Source: Octopus bimaculoides (Eukaryota). From it: DNA of 37,237 bases. Below the pieces are notes generated by a model. The model had not been told where the DNA came from, ran no database searches, and was given only the letters and a program-made list of their open reading frames with translations. The first letter of the stretch is position 1. Each line of letters opens with the position of its first letter. The translations under genes and the position numbers were made by a program. This document shows, in pieces, positions 11,485-22,611 of this stretch. The stretch spans positions 28,635,055 through 28,672,291 of the forward strand of contig NC_068981.1 in NCBI RefSeq assembly GCF_001194135.2, given 5' to 3'.

Positions 11485-11555
11485 TATCATCATCATCATC
11501 ATCATCACCATCATCATCATCATCGTCGTCGTCGTCATCATCATCATTGTCATCT
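11090..11555. repeat. Compound (CAC)n/(CAT)n trinucleotide low-complexity tract
   Basis: Direct reading; it produces the spurious poly-Met and poly-Val ORFs. Confidence 0.95.
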
Positions 11556-12654
11556 ACTATGAGAACTATTGGTTCTCATCAACATCGTTGCCGATATAAC
11601 AAAATGTTTATTATATACTAATATTACGTGCGCGTGCGTAAGTTCTCGTGTGTGTGTGTGTGTGTGTGTGTGCACGCGCGCGTGTGTGCATTAGTGCTAT
11701 ATGAGGTTTTCCTTCAAACTGTGCATCTATGCATCTTTGAGTGTGTATGAGAGTATTTTTGAATGTTTGTACGTATTTGTATGTAGATGTGTATATGTGA
11801 TTCCATATATGTATCTATCACCATGTGCATGTGTGCGCATGTGCGCATGTACGTATGAGCATGTGTGAATGCATGTGTGTATGATATCGTCATTATCGTA
11901 TTTCTTTTCTAACGTATAACGAAAGACAACTAAAACACAAACAAAACTAAGCGGAGACTAACAGACAGAGAAGGAGAGACAAAGAGGTGGGAGTATAGAG
12001 AGAAACAGAAAGAGTACTCGAGAGGGTGAAAATAAAATGGAGGAATACAGGAAAAGAAAATAGTAACAGGAAAGAGAAGACATGAGAGAAACAGAGAGAG
12101 AGAAGAAAGAGATAAAGAAGGAGAGAGAGAGAGAGAGAAAATAGGCAAATATAATATGAGAAAAAAATGTGAGAAAGATCGTAAAATAAATAAATGAATA
12201 AAGAAATAAAAAAATAAAAGAATGATAAAGAGTGAAATAATTGTTGTTTTTCTTTATTGATTTTGACAGTGTGACCAAAAATGCGGTTCCTGCCGGTTAG
12301 AACAACATCAAGATCTGACACCTGATCTTTGGTCAGTATTAAATCAATATTTTTAACACGGAATGTTGCCAAATGTGTGAAACCCAACAAGGAAGTGCAA
12401 AGATACACGCGCTCGTTCACATTCACACGAAAACACATTCGGACGCATACTGATACACGTGTGTGCACACCTACACACATACATACATACAGATACGCAC
12501 GCAAATTTCGAGGCATATTCCCATTCAATCGCATAGACGCACACACACAAAAGCAAACACGGATATATTTGAACCGTGAGTCTCTTGTATACACTGATGC
12601 ATATATATATATAAACATACATATATGTATACATATATATATCATATGTATGTA

Positions 12655-12716
<62 letters not shown>

Positions 12717-13426
12717 CAATGTTAATTCTCTATATGAAGTATTAACAGTAACTGCACGATAAAGTGTAGTNNNNNNNNNNNNNNNNNNNNNNNNNNNNNN
12801 NNNNNNNNNNNNNNNNNNNNNNNNNNNNNNNNNNNNNNNNNNNNNNNNNNNNNNNNNNNNNNNNNNNNNNNNNNNNNNNNNNNNNNNNNNNNNNNNNNNN
12901 NNNNNNNNNNNNNNNNNNNNNNNNNNNNNNNNNNNNNNNNNNNNNNNNNNNNNNNNNNNNNNNNNNNNNNNNNNNNNNNNNNNNNNNNNNNNNNNNNNNN
13001 NNNNNNNNNNNNNNNNNNNNNNNNNNNNNNNNNNNNNNNNNNNNNNNNNNNNNNNNNNNNNNNNNNNNNNNNNNNNNNNNNNNNNNNNNNNNNNNNNNNN
13101 NNNNNNNNNNNNNNNNNNNNNNNNNNNNNNNNNNNNNNNNNNNNNNNNNNNNNNNNNNNNNNNNNNNNNNNNNNNTATATATGTACATATATGTACATAT
13201 ACACATATATATACATGCATATATGTATATACACACGATATGTATATATAGAGAGTTAGGTGTGATATACACACACACACAGATGCATGCGCGCACACAC
13301 ACACATATATTTGGATATATGTATCGGATGGAGTATATCTGTATATGGATATATAGGCGACAGTGTATGTGTGTGTATGTGTGTATGTGTGTGTGTTTGT
13401 ATGCGCACGCCTTTTATATGTGTGTA

Positions 13427-13502
<76 letters not shown>

Positions 13503-14246
13503 TATATATCATGTGTATATATACGCACGAATCTGGATATATCTATGTATATGTATATGTATGCATATTTGTATGAGTGTAGGGTTACAATGCCGTGTCA
13601 TATTACTCTATGATATAATAAACTGCATTGTATTATCACATTATAGTATATATTAGAACACATGTTACGACGAACAATTATGGTGCCTTATATAGATGCA
13701 AGCAAGTTTATCTGCTCTATAAAGAATATACTTACACCAACTAATATAAAAAATGGACTGTTCAAAAACGTTAGTGGTTAAGGAAAATGATGAAAAGGAA
13801 TCGCATGAGCTGTAAAGATCTATTCTCTAACTGCAATCTTTGAAGAATATACGTATTGCCACGACGTAAATGTATGCTGCCACACGCAAGAATAATGAAC
13901 CTAGAATCATTTGGAATATACGATTTATTTCTGTAATATTTAAGAGTATTTACTATTATAAAGTTTAAAATATAAAAACAAAATGATTGGATCCTTAGAT
14001 AAAATTTTTAAATTTTTATGAAATCGAAAACAACGCTTATACTAAAATCCATAAAAGAATTGCTCAAGCTACAAACAAACTCGCACACTAACAATAATAT
14101 TAAAAGGGAAGCAAAACAGCATAGTTTATAATCTTAAATTGTGTATGGCAAACCCAAAAAGATATAGCGAGTTTTCTTTCTAATCATAAATGCGGATGAA
14201 TTAATTTTGCAAAATCACACATCGTATAATTATTTAGATGATCTTA

Positions 14247-14542
14247 AACAGACGAAGACAGGTGGTGTAAACAACAAATGGATGTATTAGTATAACGCTC
14301 GGGAATAGAAAAGTCTTCAACGTTTCGAGCCTACGCTGTTCAACAGAAAGGAACACTGAAAGAAACAAAGAGAGAAACAAGGAGAGAAAAAAAGGAAAGA
14401 AAAAATATTTTTTCTCTCCTTGTTTCTTTCTGTGTTCTTTTCTGTTGAAGAGCGTAGGCTCGAAACGTTAAAGATTTCTTCTGTTCCCGAGCGTTATACT
14501 AATACATCCATTTGTTGTTTACACCACCTGTCTTCGTCTGTT
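14247..14542. mobile_element. Imperfect inverted repeat of Penelope-like terminal (pLTR-like) sequence, each arm with a hammerhead-like motif
   Basis: AACAGACGAAGACAGGTGGTGTAAACAACAAATGGATGTATTAGTATAACGCTCGGGAA (left) is mirrored at right, with scattered mismatches further in. The motif CTGTTGAAGAGCGTAGGCTCGAAACGTT resembles Penelope-like termini. The inverted repeat is seen directly; the PLE assignment is inference. Confidence 0.6.
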
Positions 14543-14567
14543 GTTTTTTCGTGAATTCTCCCATATG

Positions 14568-14605
<38 letters not shown>

Positions 14606-14667
14606 CATACGCATATAAACACATACATACATGCATACATACATACATACATACATACATACATACA

Positions 14668-14698
<31 letters not shown>

Positions 14699-15348
14699 TA
14701 ATTAGTGAAATTCCAACTTAGTCTGACTTTCACATTTTATTATTCGCACTTCTTTCAAGTCTACAATTTTACAATAGCTGTCAATTGTGGAACACGACTG
14801 TCACTACATAAACCTGATGATCGCGTAAAGCATGAACGTGCTAGTTTATTTCAATATTGTAAAACTGGGATTAATAACACGTGATAATGAGATTAAGTTG
14901 GTATTTCATTTATTAATCTATTCTCGTATAAAAAAAACTCGGATATATATATATGTGTGTGTGTGTGTGTTTGTGTTTGTATGTGTGTGTGTGTGTGTGT
15001 GTCTGTGTGTGTGTGTGTGTGTCGGGTGGGGGTATGAATTGATCGTTTCCTACCAGGAATTGGCTTCTAAAGGTAGTGGAGGACTCCATATATCATTTCC
15101 AGGTATTGAACTCTGTTTTATTGCTCATTTTCAACAGTTTTGTTATGTACATATATATATGCATGCATGCACACGTACATACATACATACATACATACAT
15201 ACATACATACATACATACATAGAGAAATTAGGCTTCTGAAAACCAGAGAGAAAGCTTATTCCAAGGTTACATATCCAGTCCATGTCTGGAATAGTAATAA
15301 AAAAAAACCTGTAAACCTTTCCAGAAGTTTATTATTTACATATATATG

Positions 15349-15570
15349 ATATGCAACTATATGCATGAGAATACATACATAAAACGTACAAATCTACAAA
15401 TCTACACATACATACATACATACATACATACATACATACATACATGCATACAAATATACAAAAATACCCTGTTGTTGATGTTCACATTCCAATGAAGGAG
15501 CCTTGGATCTAGGTTAGAAACCGGTTCTTTCTCTATTTGCAATGAATCTTGAAATAAAGTGAATAATGAC
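15349..15570 (+). mobile_element. Short interspersed repeat embedded in (CATA)n (element D), possibly a Penelope-like 3' end
   Basis: CCTGTTGTTGATGTTCACATTCCAATGAAGGAGCCTTGGATCTAGGTTAGAAACCGGTTCTTTCTCTAT..CTTGAAATAAAGTGAATAATGAC, with homologues at 27812-28225. The upstream ATGCATGAGAATACATACATAAAAC is also shared with 28060-28085. Confidence 0.75.
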
Positions 15571-16829
15571 ATACATACAGGAATGCATATACACATACAG
15601 AATATTCATATATTTGGGTGTGTGCATGTAGAGAAAAGGAAAGAGAGAGAGAGAGAGAGAGAGAGACCAGAAAAGATATCTCTACACCAGCTTACACTTT
15701 AAAGGTAGTTGTACTGGTGTTGGCGAATTGAATTTGTACAGAAGATGTTTCACAGTTTTAATCTGAGTATGTGTACGCGTATGTATTTATGTATACTTGA
15801 TTGTTTTGCTTATGCATGTGTGTATATGGATGCGATTTTACGTGCACATTACAACGTAGTGGCCTGTAGATATAAAGAATCATTTCTTGACCTTCTCATC
15901 AGTTATATGCCTGAAAGTCTTTGAGGTCAGATAAATGTCTAACGATCTTGGGCCATCTCATGCCAAGTTTTTCAGATGAGAGTGATCGACATTGTGTTAG
16001 AAATTCCCCCACATTCCATGACATCTCAAGTTTGCATGGAAGAGATAAACCATGTTATATTACAGTCATAAATTGAAATCAAATCTCTATCTTTACTTTC
16101 GTTGCACATTCTGTACAGATATGCTGATATCATGCACACAAAATGACGCTGAAGAATTGAATAACAAAATCTTGATTTATATTTTCAACCGTTATTTGTT
16201 CGGCCTCAAATAAATTTGATGTGATCTCAAAGCACGTTTGGATGCCATATTATGTACTGATCATCAAATTTGGATTTTTAACTTGAAACTTTTAAATGAA
16301 CCTTCATTCAGCTGGTGTAGGCGGTGCGCTGCAGTTACTGCATTGATTATATAGACGAATTCTTAACAACGTAGATTGTAAATGTCCTTTTACGACAATG
16401 GATGTGTTTGACTTACTAATCACCGATTCTGAGATTTTGCACAAATCTTCAAGATTTGAAGAACAAACGTTTCGCCTCAAAAATTTTTGAAGCTATTTAA
16501 TATTTTCTCCCAATCAACTATGCATCTATAAATGGTTTTAATGTTTTAGTTAAAAACATTCTTTCAGAGATAGTTAGCGTTTGAGCTACTTAATTCATAC
16601 ATGTGTAGAACAAAGCAATGCATCGAAAGAAAGCAATGAAAAATAAAAAAAATTTTGTTGTTCATGCAGAACAATACAGAAACGAAATTTCTCTCATATG
16701 ACGTCATGCCTTCTTAACACAACTATAAGTATATGTCGCGTAAAATACATTTACAATAGATCTGATAAATACTGGAATGTCATTCGATTATAGGTAAGAT
16801 CAGAACTGATTTAAGATAGCATAATAATA

Positions 16830-16960
16830 ATGAGGAGGAGGAGGAGGAGGGGAAGAAGTAGGGGAGGAGAAAGAAGGGGAGGAAAAGGAAGAGTGGAGGA
16901 GGAAGGTGAGAGTACTAAGGGTGACGATGAAGAGAGGGATAGGAACGACAGTAGCAACAA
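16830..16960. repeat. GGA/GAA purine-rich low-complexity tract
   Basis: Direct reading. Confidence 0.85.
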
Positions 16961-16984
16961 CATCAACATTATTGATAATAATAA

Positions 16985-17165
16985 TGGTTTCAAATTTTGG
17001 CCCAAGGTCAGTAGTATCAGAGCAGGGGCTCTAAGTTGCATTCATTCAACAACCCCAGTGCTCAACTGGCACTTATTTTATCGACCTCGGAAGGATGGAA
17101 GGCAAAGTTGAATTCGGCGTAATTTGAACTGAGAGCGTAAAGAGAGACGAAATGCGCTAAGCCTT
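16985..17165 (-). mobile_element. SINE-B with internal head deletion
   Basis: TTTCAAATTTTGGCCCAAGG tail and CTGGCACTTATTTTATCGACCTCGGAAGGATGGAAGGCAAAG central domain. The head is reduced to AAGGC-TTAGCGCATTTCG. Confidence 0.85.
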
Positions 17166-17203
17166 AATAACTTAATAATAAAAATAATAATAACAACAAC
17201 AAC

Positions 17204-17263
<60 letters not shown>
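17166..17263. repeat. (AAT)n microsatellite
   Basis: Direct reading. Confidence 0.95.
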
Positions 17264-17415
17264 CTGGAAATAGAGATAACTCGAATGTGGAATCTAAAAA
17301 CAGAAACAATTCCTATCATAGTAGGTGCCTTAGGTATAATAAAAAAATATTCAGACAAATACATAACAAAAATACCAGGACTTACAAATATATATAACAT
17401 ACAGAAAATTGCACT
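17264..17415 (+). mobile_element. R4/Dong-like retrotransposon, 5'-truncated C-terminal fragment running into a gap
   Basis: LEIEITRMWNLKTETIPIIVGALGIIKK..IQKIA is the typical end of an RLE domain. It starts immediately after (TAA)n. Confidence 0.8.
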
Positions 17416-17668
17416 NNNNNNNNNNNNNNNNNNNNNNNNNNNNNNNNNNNNNNNNNNNNNNNNNNNNNNNNNNNNNNNNNNNNNNNNNNNNNNNNNNNNN
17501 NNNNNNNNNNNNNNNNNNNNNNNNNNNNNNNNNNNNNNNNNNNNNNNNNNNNNNNNNNNNNNNNNNNNNNNNNNNNNNNNNNNNNNNNNNNNNNNNNNNN
17601 NNNNNNNNNNNNNNNNNNNNNNNNNNNNNNNNNNNNNNNNNNNNNNNNNNNNNNNNNNNNNNNNNNNG

Positions 17669-17850
17669 TATTTCGTCTGCCGTTACGTTCTGAGTTCAAA
17701 TTCCGCCGAGGTCGACTTTGCCTTTCATCCTTTCGGGGTCGATTAAATAAGTACCAGTTACGCATTGGGGTCGATACAATCGACTTAATCCGTTTGTCTG
17801 TCCTTGTTTGTCCCCTCTGTGTGTAGCCCCTTGTGGGCAGTAAAGAAAAA
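17669..17850 (+). mobile_element. Young SINE-B subtype with alternative tail (5' end in gap)
   Basis: Highly similar to the reverse complement of 5031-5261; tail ..GTAGCCCCTTGTGGGCAGTAAAGAAAAA. Confidence 0.9.
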
Positions 17851-18013
17851 GGTATTTCGTCTGTCTTTACGTTCTGAATTCAAATTCTGCCGACGTCGAC
17901 TTTGCCTTTCATCCTTTCGGGGTGGATAAATTAAGTACCAGTTGCATACTGGAGTCGATCTAATCGACTGGCACCCTCCCCGCAAATTTCGGGCCTTCTG
18001 CCCAGATTAGAAA
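17851..18013 (+). mobile_element. 3' part of an older SINE-B starting exactly at GGTATTTC
   Basis: GGTATTTCGTCTGTCTTTACGTTCTGAATTCAAATTC..GGCCTTCTGCCCAGATTAGAAA. Same junction as 5030/5031. Confidence 0.85.
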
Positions 18014-18284
18014 ATAATTATAATAATAATTAATTATTTTATCAGCAACAACAGCTCAAATACAAAACATGAATTGACATACAACATAAAAGATAAAAAC
18101 AGGACGATATAATGGGTTTTCGCGAGTACAGAATATAAATAACAGTTAAAAATTAAACAAATTAAACTCCCAATAAGGAAGCCGCTTTAAGTTCCTACCA
18201 ATGTATAGAGTACGTTTTTCTGCCCTAGGTGTTAGGAAGACACTCAGAAAAAGATGGAAAAAAACTGAAAGAAGATGCATATGA

Positions 18285-18286
18285 AG

Positions 18287-18341
<55 letters not shown>

Positions 18342-18399
18342 GGATAATAATAACAATAAACAACAACAACAATAATATTATTATTATCATTATTTCTTT
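18285..18399. repeat. (AAT)n/(AAC)n switching to (TTA)n microsatellite
   Basis: Direct reading; it flanks the 3' end of the Dong element. Confidence 0.9.
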
Positions 18400-19705
18400 T
18401 TTTATCACTGGTTTTGTTGGAACTCCTGGGGCCTTGCATGCGAATCGGCTACCTGCAGCCTACGGTACCATACTATCCGTTCTTTTAAGCTATCTAATAC
18501 TTTCCTGATTATTCTGGCCGTGCAAAAGAAGTAAAACTTTTGTAACTGTTCTACTGGGCACTCTATTCCAATTTCTTTTATATTCCTCTTGATGCTTTTT
18601 GATGCTGTCCACAAGGACCCAACAATAATTGGCACTATCTTCATCTTGTTCATTTTCCATAGCCGGGCTATATCGCATTTAAGAGGGCTGTATTGATCTA
18701 TTTTTTCTCTTCCTTCTTGATTATTCGTCGGTCAAGGGGCATGCAACAACAACTATATAACACATGTGGTGGATCTTGTCCACCATCACTTGATTCGGTC
18801 TGTTACGCTCTAACACCTGATCTGTTTGTATTGTAAAATCCCAGAGGATTTTGCTAGCCTACGACTCCGTCTCTCTGCGGTTTCTGCTCATACCACATCT
18901 TGACTCTCTTTGGCCCCCAGTTTTCGCACCGTTTCCACTGTAGCACTTTCGCTACCTGATCGTGTCGCCACAACTTGTAGTGGTTTGGGGCAAGTCTAGG
19001 GCATTCGTTCGTGATATGGGCAATGGTTTCATCCACTCTATTGCAGAGGCAGCACAGCGGAGACACATGCTCATTCCAAAGCTTGATCCTCCAATTCCTA
19101 GCCAAAGCTTGGTCTTGTGCTGTCACTATAGTGGTTTTGATCTCTTTTTTTTAGTGTTACTTTCTTCAGCCAATCCCACCCATTTTTTCCAGCAGCTTCT
19201 GTTGTGGCTAATGGAATTGATTGTGCAGTCCATTGTTGCGTAATTCTTCTTCGTGTTCTTTCTGTACTTCTTCCTTCGTTTTTCCTTTTTTTTTCTCTGC
19301 TTTCAATACTCTCTCGTTTCTATTTGACACTAGTAAGGTTTACTTACGTTGGACTAGGTATTTCGCTAAGCTCACGATTTCGATACGCACGCAGTCTTCC
19401 TCACTTATCAGTCCTTTTCCTCCATTTGCTCTTTTCATGTACAGGCAATCAGTGTCATCACGTGGATGATTGGCTCCATGCATCGTTAGGAGCCTTCTCG
19501 ATTTCCTGTCCATCTCCTTTAGCTCTTCCTCTGTCCACTTTAGGATTCCAGCGCCATACCGAGCTACTGTGACTGCGCGAGAGTTTATTGCCGAAATTAT
19601 GTTTTTGGCATTCTGCTCTGAAGCCAGTATTTTTCTCACTCGCCGCAGGTACTCTCTTTTTCCTTCATGTCGTTGTGTTTATTCCATCTGTCTCAAGTAT
19701 TATTA
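18400..19705 (-). mobile_element. 5'-truncated, decayed R4/Dong-clade non-LTR retrotransposon (late RT/thumb, CCHC zinc knuckle, restriction-like endonuclease)
   Basis: Colinear minus-strand peptides: YLRRVRKILASEQNAKNIISAIN..RYGAGILKWTEEELKEMDRKSRRLLTMHG..LYMKRANGGKGL; TAQDQALA..CCLCNRVDETIAHITNECPRL..RHDQVAK; KILWDFTIQTDQVLERNRP; KIVPIIVGSL..TARIIRKVL. TAA-type repeats lie at both ends. Confidence 0.92.
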
Positions 19706-19944
19706 CATAACAATAATAATTATACTTCATTTCAATATTGTGGAAATAAATATGTACATGAGAGTGGGTTTAAGAAGCTCAAATCGTGGTCTTGTAATTC
19801 AAATTCGTGGCTAATTGATCGAGTCGATATATATACATATATAGATGTATTGCATATATCTAGATATCCATACAAGACATTGAGTTACTCGTTTTCGACA
19901 ATCTCCTAATAACACGAGCTTCAGTTGATGTGTGCTATGATATA

Positions 19945-20035
19945 GACACGTGAACAAGATGTCATGCATTTAGGATCGAACCTGGAATCTTATGGTTCCG
20001 AATTGAATTTCTGAAACTCTTACGCCAAGCCTGCA
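19945..20035 (-). mobile_element. Very degenerate SINE-A head fragment
   Basis: GACACGTGAACAAGATGTCATGCATTTAGGATCGAACCTGGAATCTTATGGTT aligns loosely to 26668-26725. Confidence 0.45.
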
Positions 20036-20276
20036 TTTTATGTGTTCTATACATATGATGCTGAAGTCATGAAAGCATCACGTTTCTCACCTGAATAAAT
20101 GACAATATTATAGGTTCTGCACATGATTATTGAAAAGATAATTGTAAATTTCATTTTCTAACAGATTTTTTGAATAATCAATGAAATCTCATCTCGGTGT
20201 ACTTTTGTTTCACACAGCAAATTTTGTAGAGTGAGGTTTATGTCACGCAAAAAAGAAACGCAGTCGAAATAAATAA

Positions 20277-20346
<70 letters not shown>

Positions 20347-21430
20347 NNNNNNNNNNNNNNNNNNNNNNNNNNNNNNNNNNNNNNNNNNNNNNNNNNNNNN
20401 NNNNNNNNNNNNNNNNNNNNNNNNNNNNNNNNNNNNNNNNNNNNNNNNNNNNNNNNNNNNNNNNNNNNNNNNNNNNNNNNNNNNNNNNNNNNNNNNNNNN
20501 NNNNNNNNNNNNNNNNNNNNNNNNNNNNNNNNNNNNNNNNNNNNNNNNNNNNNNNNNNNNNNNNNNNNNNNNNNNNNNNNNNNNNNNNNNNNNNNNNNNN
20601 NNNNNNNNNNNNNNNNNNNNNNNNNNNNNNNNNNNNNNNNNNNNNNNNNNNNNNNNNNNNNNNNNNNNNNNNNNNNNNNNNNNNNNNNNNNNNNNNNNNN
20701 NNNNNNNNNNNNNNNNNNNNNNNNNNNNNNNNNNNNNNNNNNNNNNNNNNNNNNNNNNNNNNNNNNNNNNNNNATATATATATATACATATATATATATA
20801 TGTATGTATGTATGTATGTATCTTATCTATAGAAGATAATCTCAGAAACAGTTTCATTACTAAAACAGTACCGTCTTCTGATCAATATATTTATAGCTTC
20901 AGCTCCTTTTATATTTCAAGTATTTTTTTCATATATACTCTATTGTTTGCTCGTATGTGTGTCTGTATTTTTAAGCAGTTATAACGAAGGCAAGCAACTA
21001 TGAATATCATTGCTTGTTAAGTGCAAGTACAACATAGGATCGTTAGCCTGGATAGCGTGACACGATGGCACATTTCGTTCAGTCAGATATTATTCAGGTT
21101 GACGCAAATCAATCTTTACAACTATGTACAGATATGAAAACGGTTAGAAAATTTGACAAATATTTGTGACCCTGTGTCAAAGAGTCTTCATGTTGATAGA
21201 ATTAAATTAAGACTCTACTAGTGGCATCATGAGTGGGGAGAAGGTGAGCTGCCATTCATGGCATCAACAGTGCGGAAGAATTTCTTGACGCGTTGAAAAT
21301 TTAGGGATAATGAACCTGTTTCTTGAACGTCGACGTTGATATGGTTTGTTGGACTGTCGGGTGGAAATTTTGCTCACACACATACACTCGCACGCGTAAA
21401 AGCACATATAGGCATAAACGCAATTAGACA

Positions 21431-21466
<36 letters not shown>

Positions 21467-21588
21467 TACACACACACACACACGCACACAAACACACACA
21501 CACATACCCCAACACACAAATATATATTTATATACACACATTTTCATATATATATATTATATATATATATATATATATGTATGTATAT

Positions 21589-21632
<44 letters not shown>

Positions 21633-22049
21633 TATAAATATTCCAATATGTCTATATGCATGTACATACGTATATACGTATACATACATGTATATATGTG
21701 TGTGTGAGTGTAGAGACGCAAATAATATGCACGCACTCATATATAAGGTTTTGAATCTCAACACAAACATTTAGGACAATTTCAAATATAAGGTTCAAAC
21801 GTTCTTCAGAACACACCGAAATATAGCACCCCCCCCCGTCCCCAAACACACAGAGACACATGAAAATGGGATTCACCACAGAATTTTCTCGTTAAGGTAG
21901 AGGGAAAAAACTGGAAAAAATTCAACGAAGCTTCTCGTTTTATCCTTTTATTGAAACTCTGCAATGCCGTCATGAGTGATACTTTATTTGCACCATGTGG
22001 AAAATATTCCACCAATACTATGCTAATGATATCGTTATTATGTTTACAG

Positions 22050-22315
22050 TTCACCCAAGACTATCCCCCCACCACCGGAATAAGTCCCCTACAAAGTTCG
22101 AGATCACATCAAATAAGAACATTGCGACACAATTTCTTCATTGCAAATGGTCCTGCTCTTTTCAATGTTATTCCGAAAAAAGCTAAAGTAGAAAAAGACA
22201 CCACATCTTTCAAACGGTACCTGGACAAATTTCCCCAGGAAATATCGGATAAACCACCTACACCTGGATACGTCTCAACCAGCAACAACTATCTGCTTGA
22301 GAGGTCCATGGTGTC
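22050..22315 (+). mobile_element. 3' end of an APE-type LINE (CR1/L2/Jockey-group-like) ORF2
   Basis: RTLRHNFFIANGPALFNVIPKKAK..FKRYLDKFPQEISDKPPTPGY..NNYLLE resembles the ORF2 C-terminal motif (GPxLFNxLP..FKxxLDKF). The exact clade is not determinable. Confidence 0.75.
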
Positions 22316-22322
22316 CGAAATA

Positions 22323-22495
22323 ATATATATATACAACGGGCTTCTTTCAGTTTCCGTCTACTAAATACACAAGCAAAGCTTTTGTTCAATTGAGGCTATA
22401 ATAAAAAAAATACTTGTCCAAGTTTACACGCAATGGGACTGAACCCGGAACTATGTGGTTGGGAAGCAAGCTTCTCATTACACAGCCATACTTGC
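22323..22495 (-). mobile_element. SINE-A 5' half (tRNA-like head plus CORE-like region)
   Basis: On minus: TATGGCTGTGTAATGAGAAGCTTGCTTCCCAACCACATAGTTCCGGGTTCAGTCCC..GACGGAAACTGAAAGAAGCCCGTTG, then (TA)n. Confidence 0.85.
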
Positions 22496-22611
22496 ATATT
22501 TGTATATATTAACAAATATATTTTAGCCGCTCTCAGAACACCATGCAAAGTGCTAAAAAGTTATCTAAACGCTTAATAACACAAGAACTACTCACGCCGA
22601 TGTCTCCTACT

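Noticed and set aside
11032-11553. Poly-Val/Ala and poly-Met ORFs
   Set aside because: Translations of (CAC)n/(CAT)n microsatellites.
11947-12645. 232-aa minus ORF with a protein-like core (LLGFTHLATFRVKNIDLILTKDQ...)
   Set aside because: Mostly simple repeat; no good minus-strand splice sites or recognisable family; the plus strand gives the better exon candidate.
14779-15102. Further micro-exon candidates (14779-14825 xVNCGTRLSLHKPDDR; 15057-15102 ELASKGSGGLHISFP)
   Set aside because: Splice signals are mediocre, there is no homology, and such matches are expected by chance.
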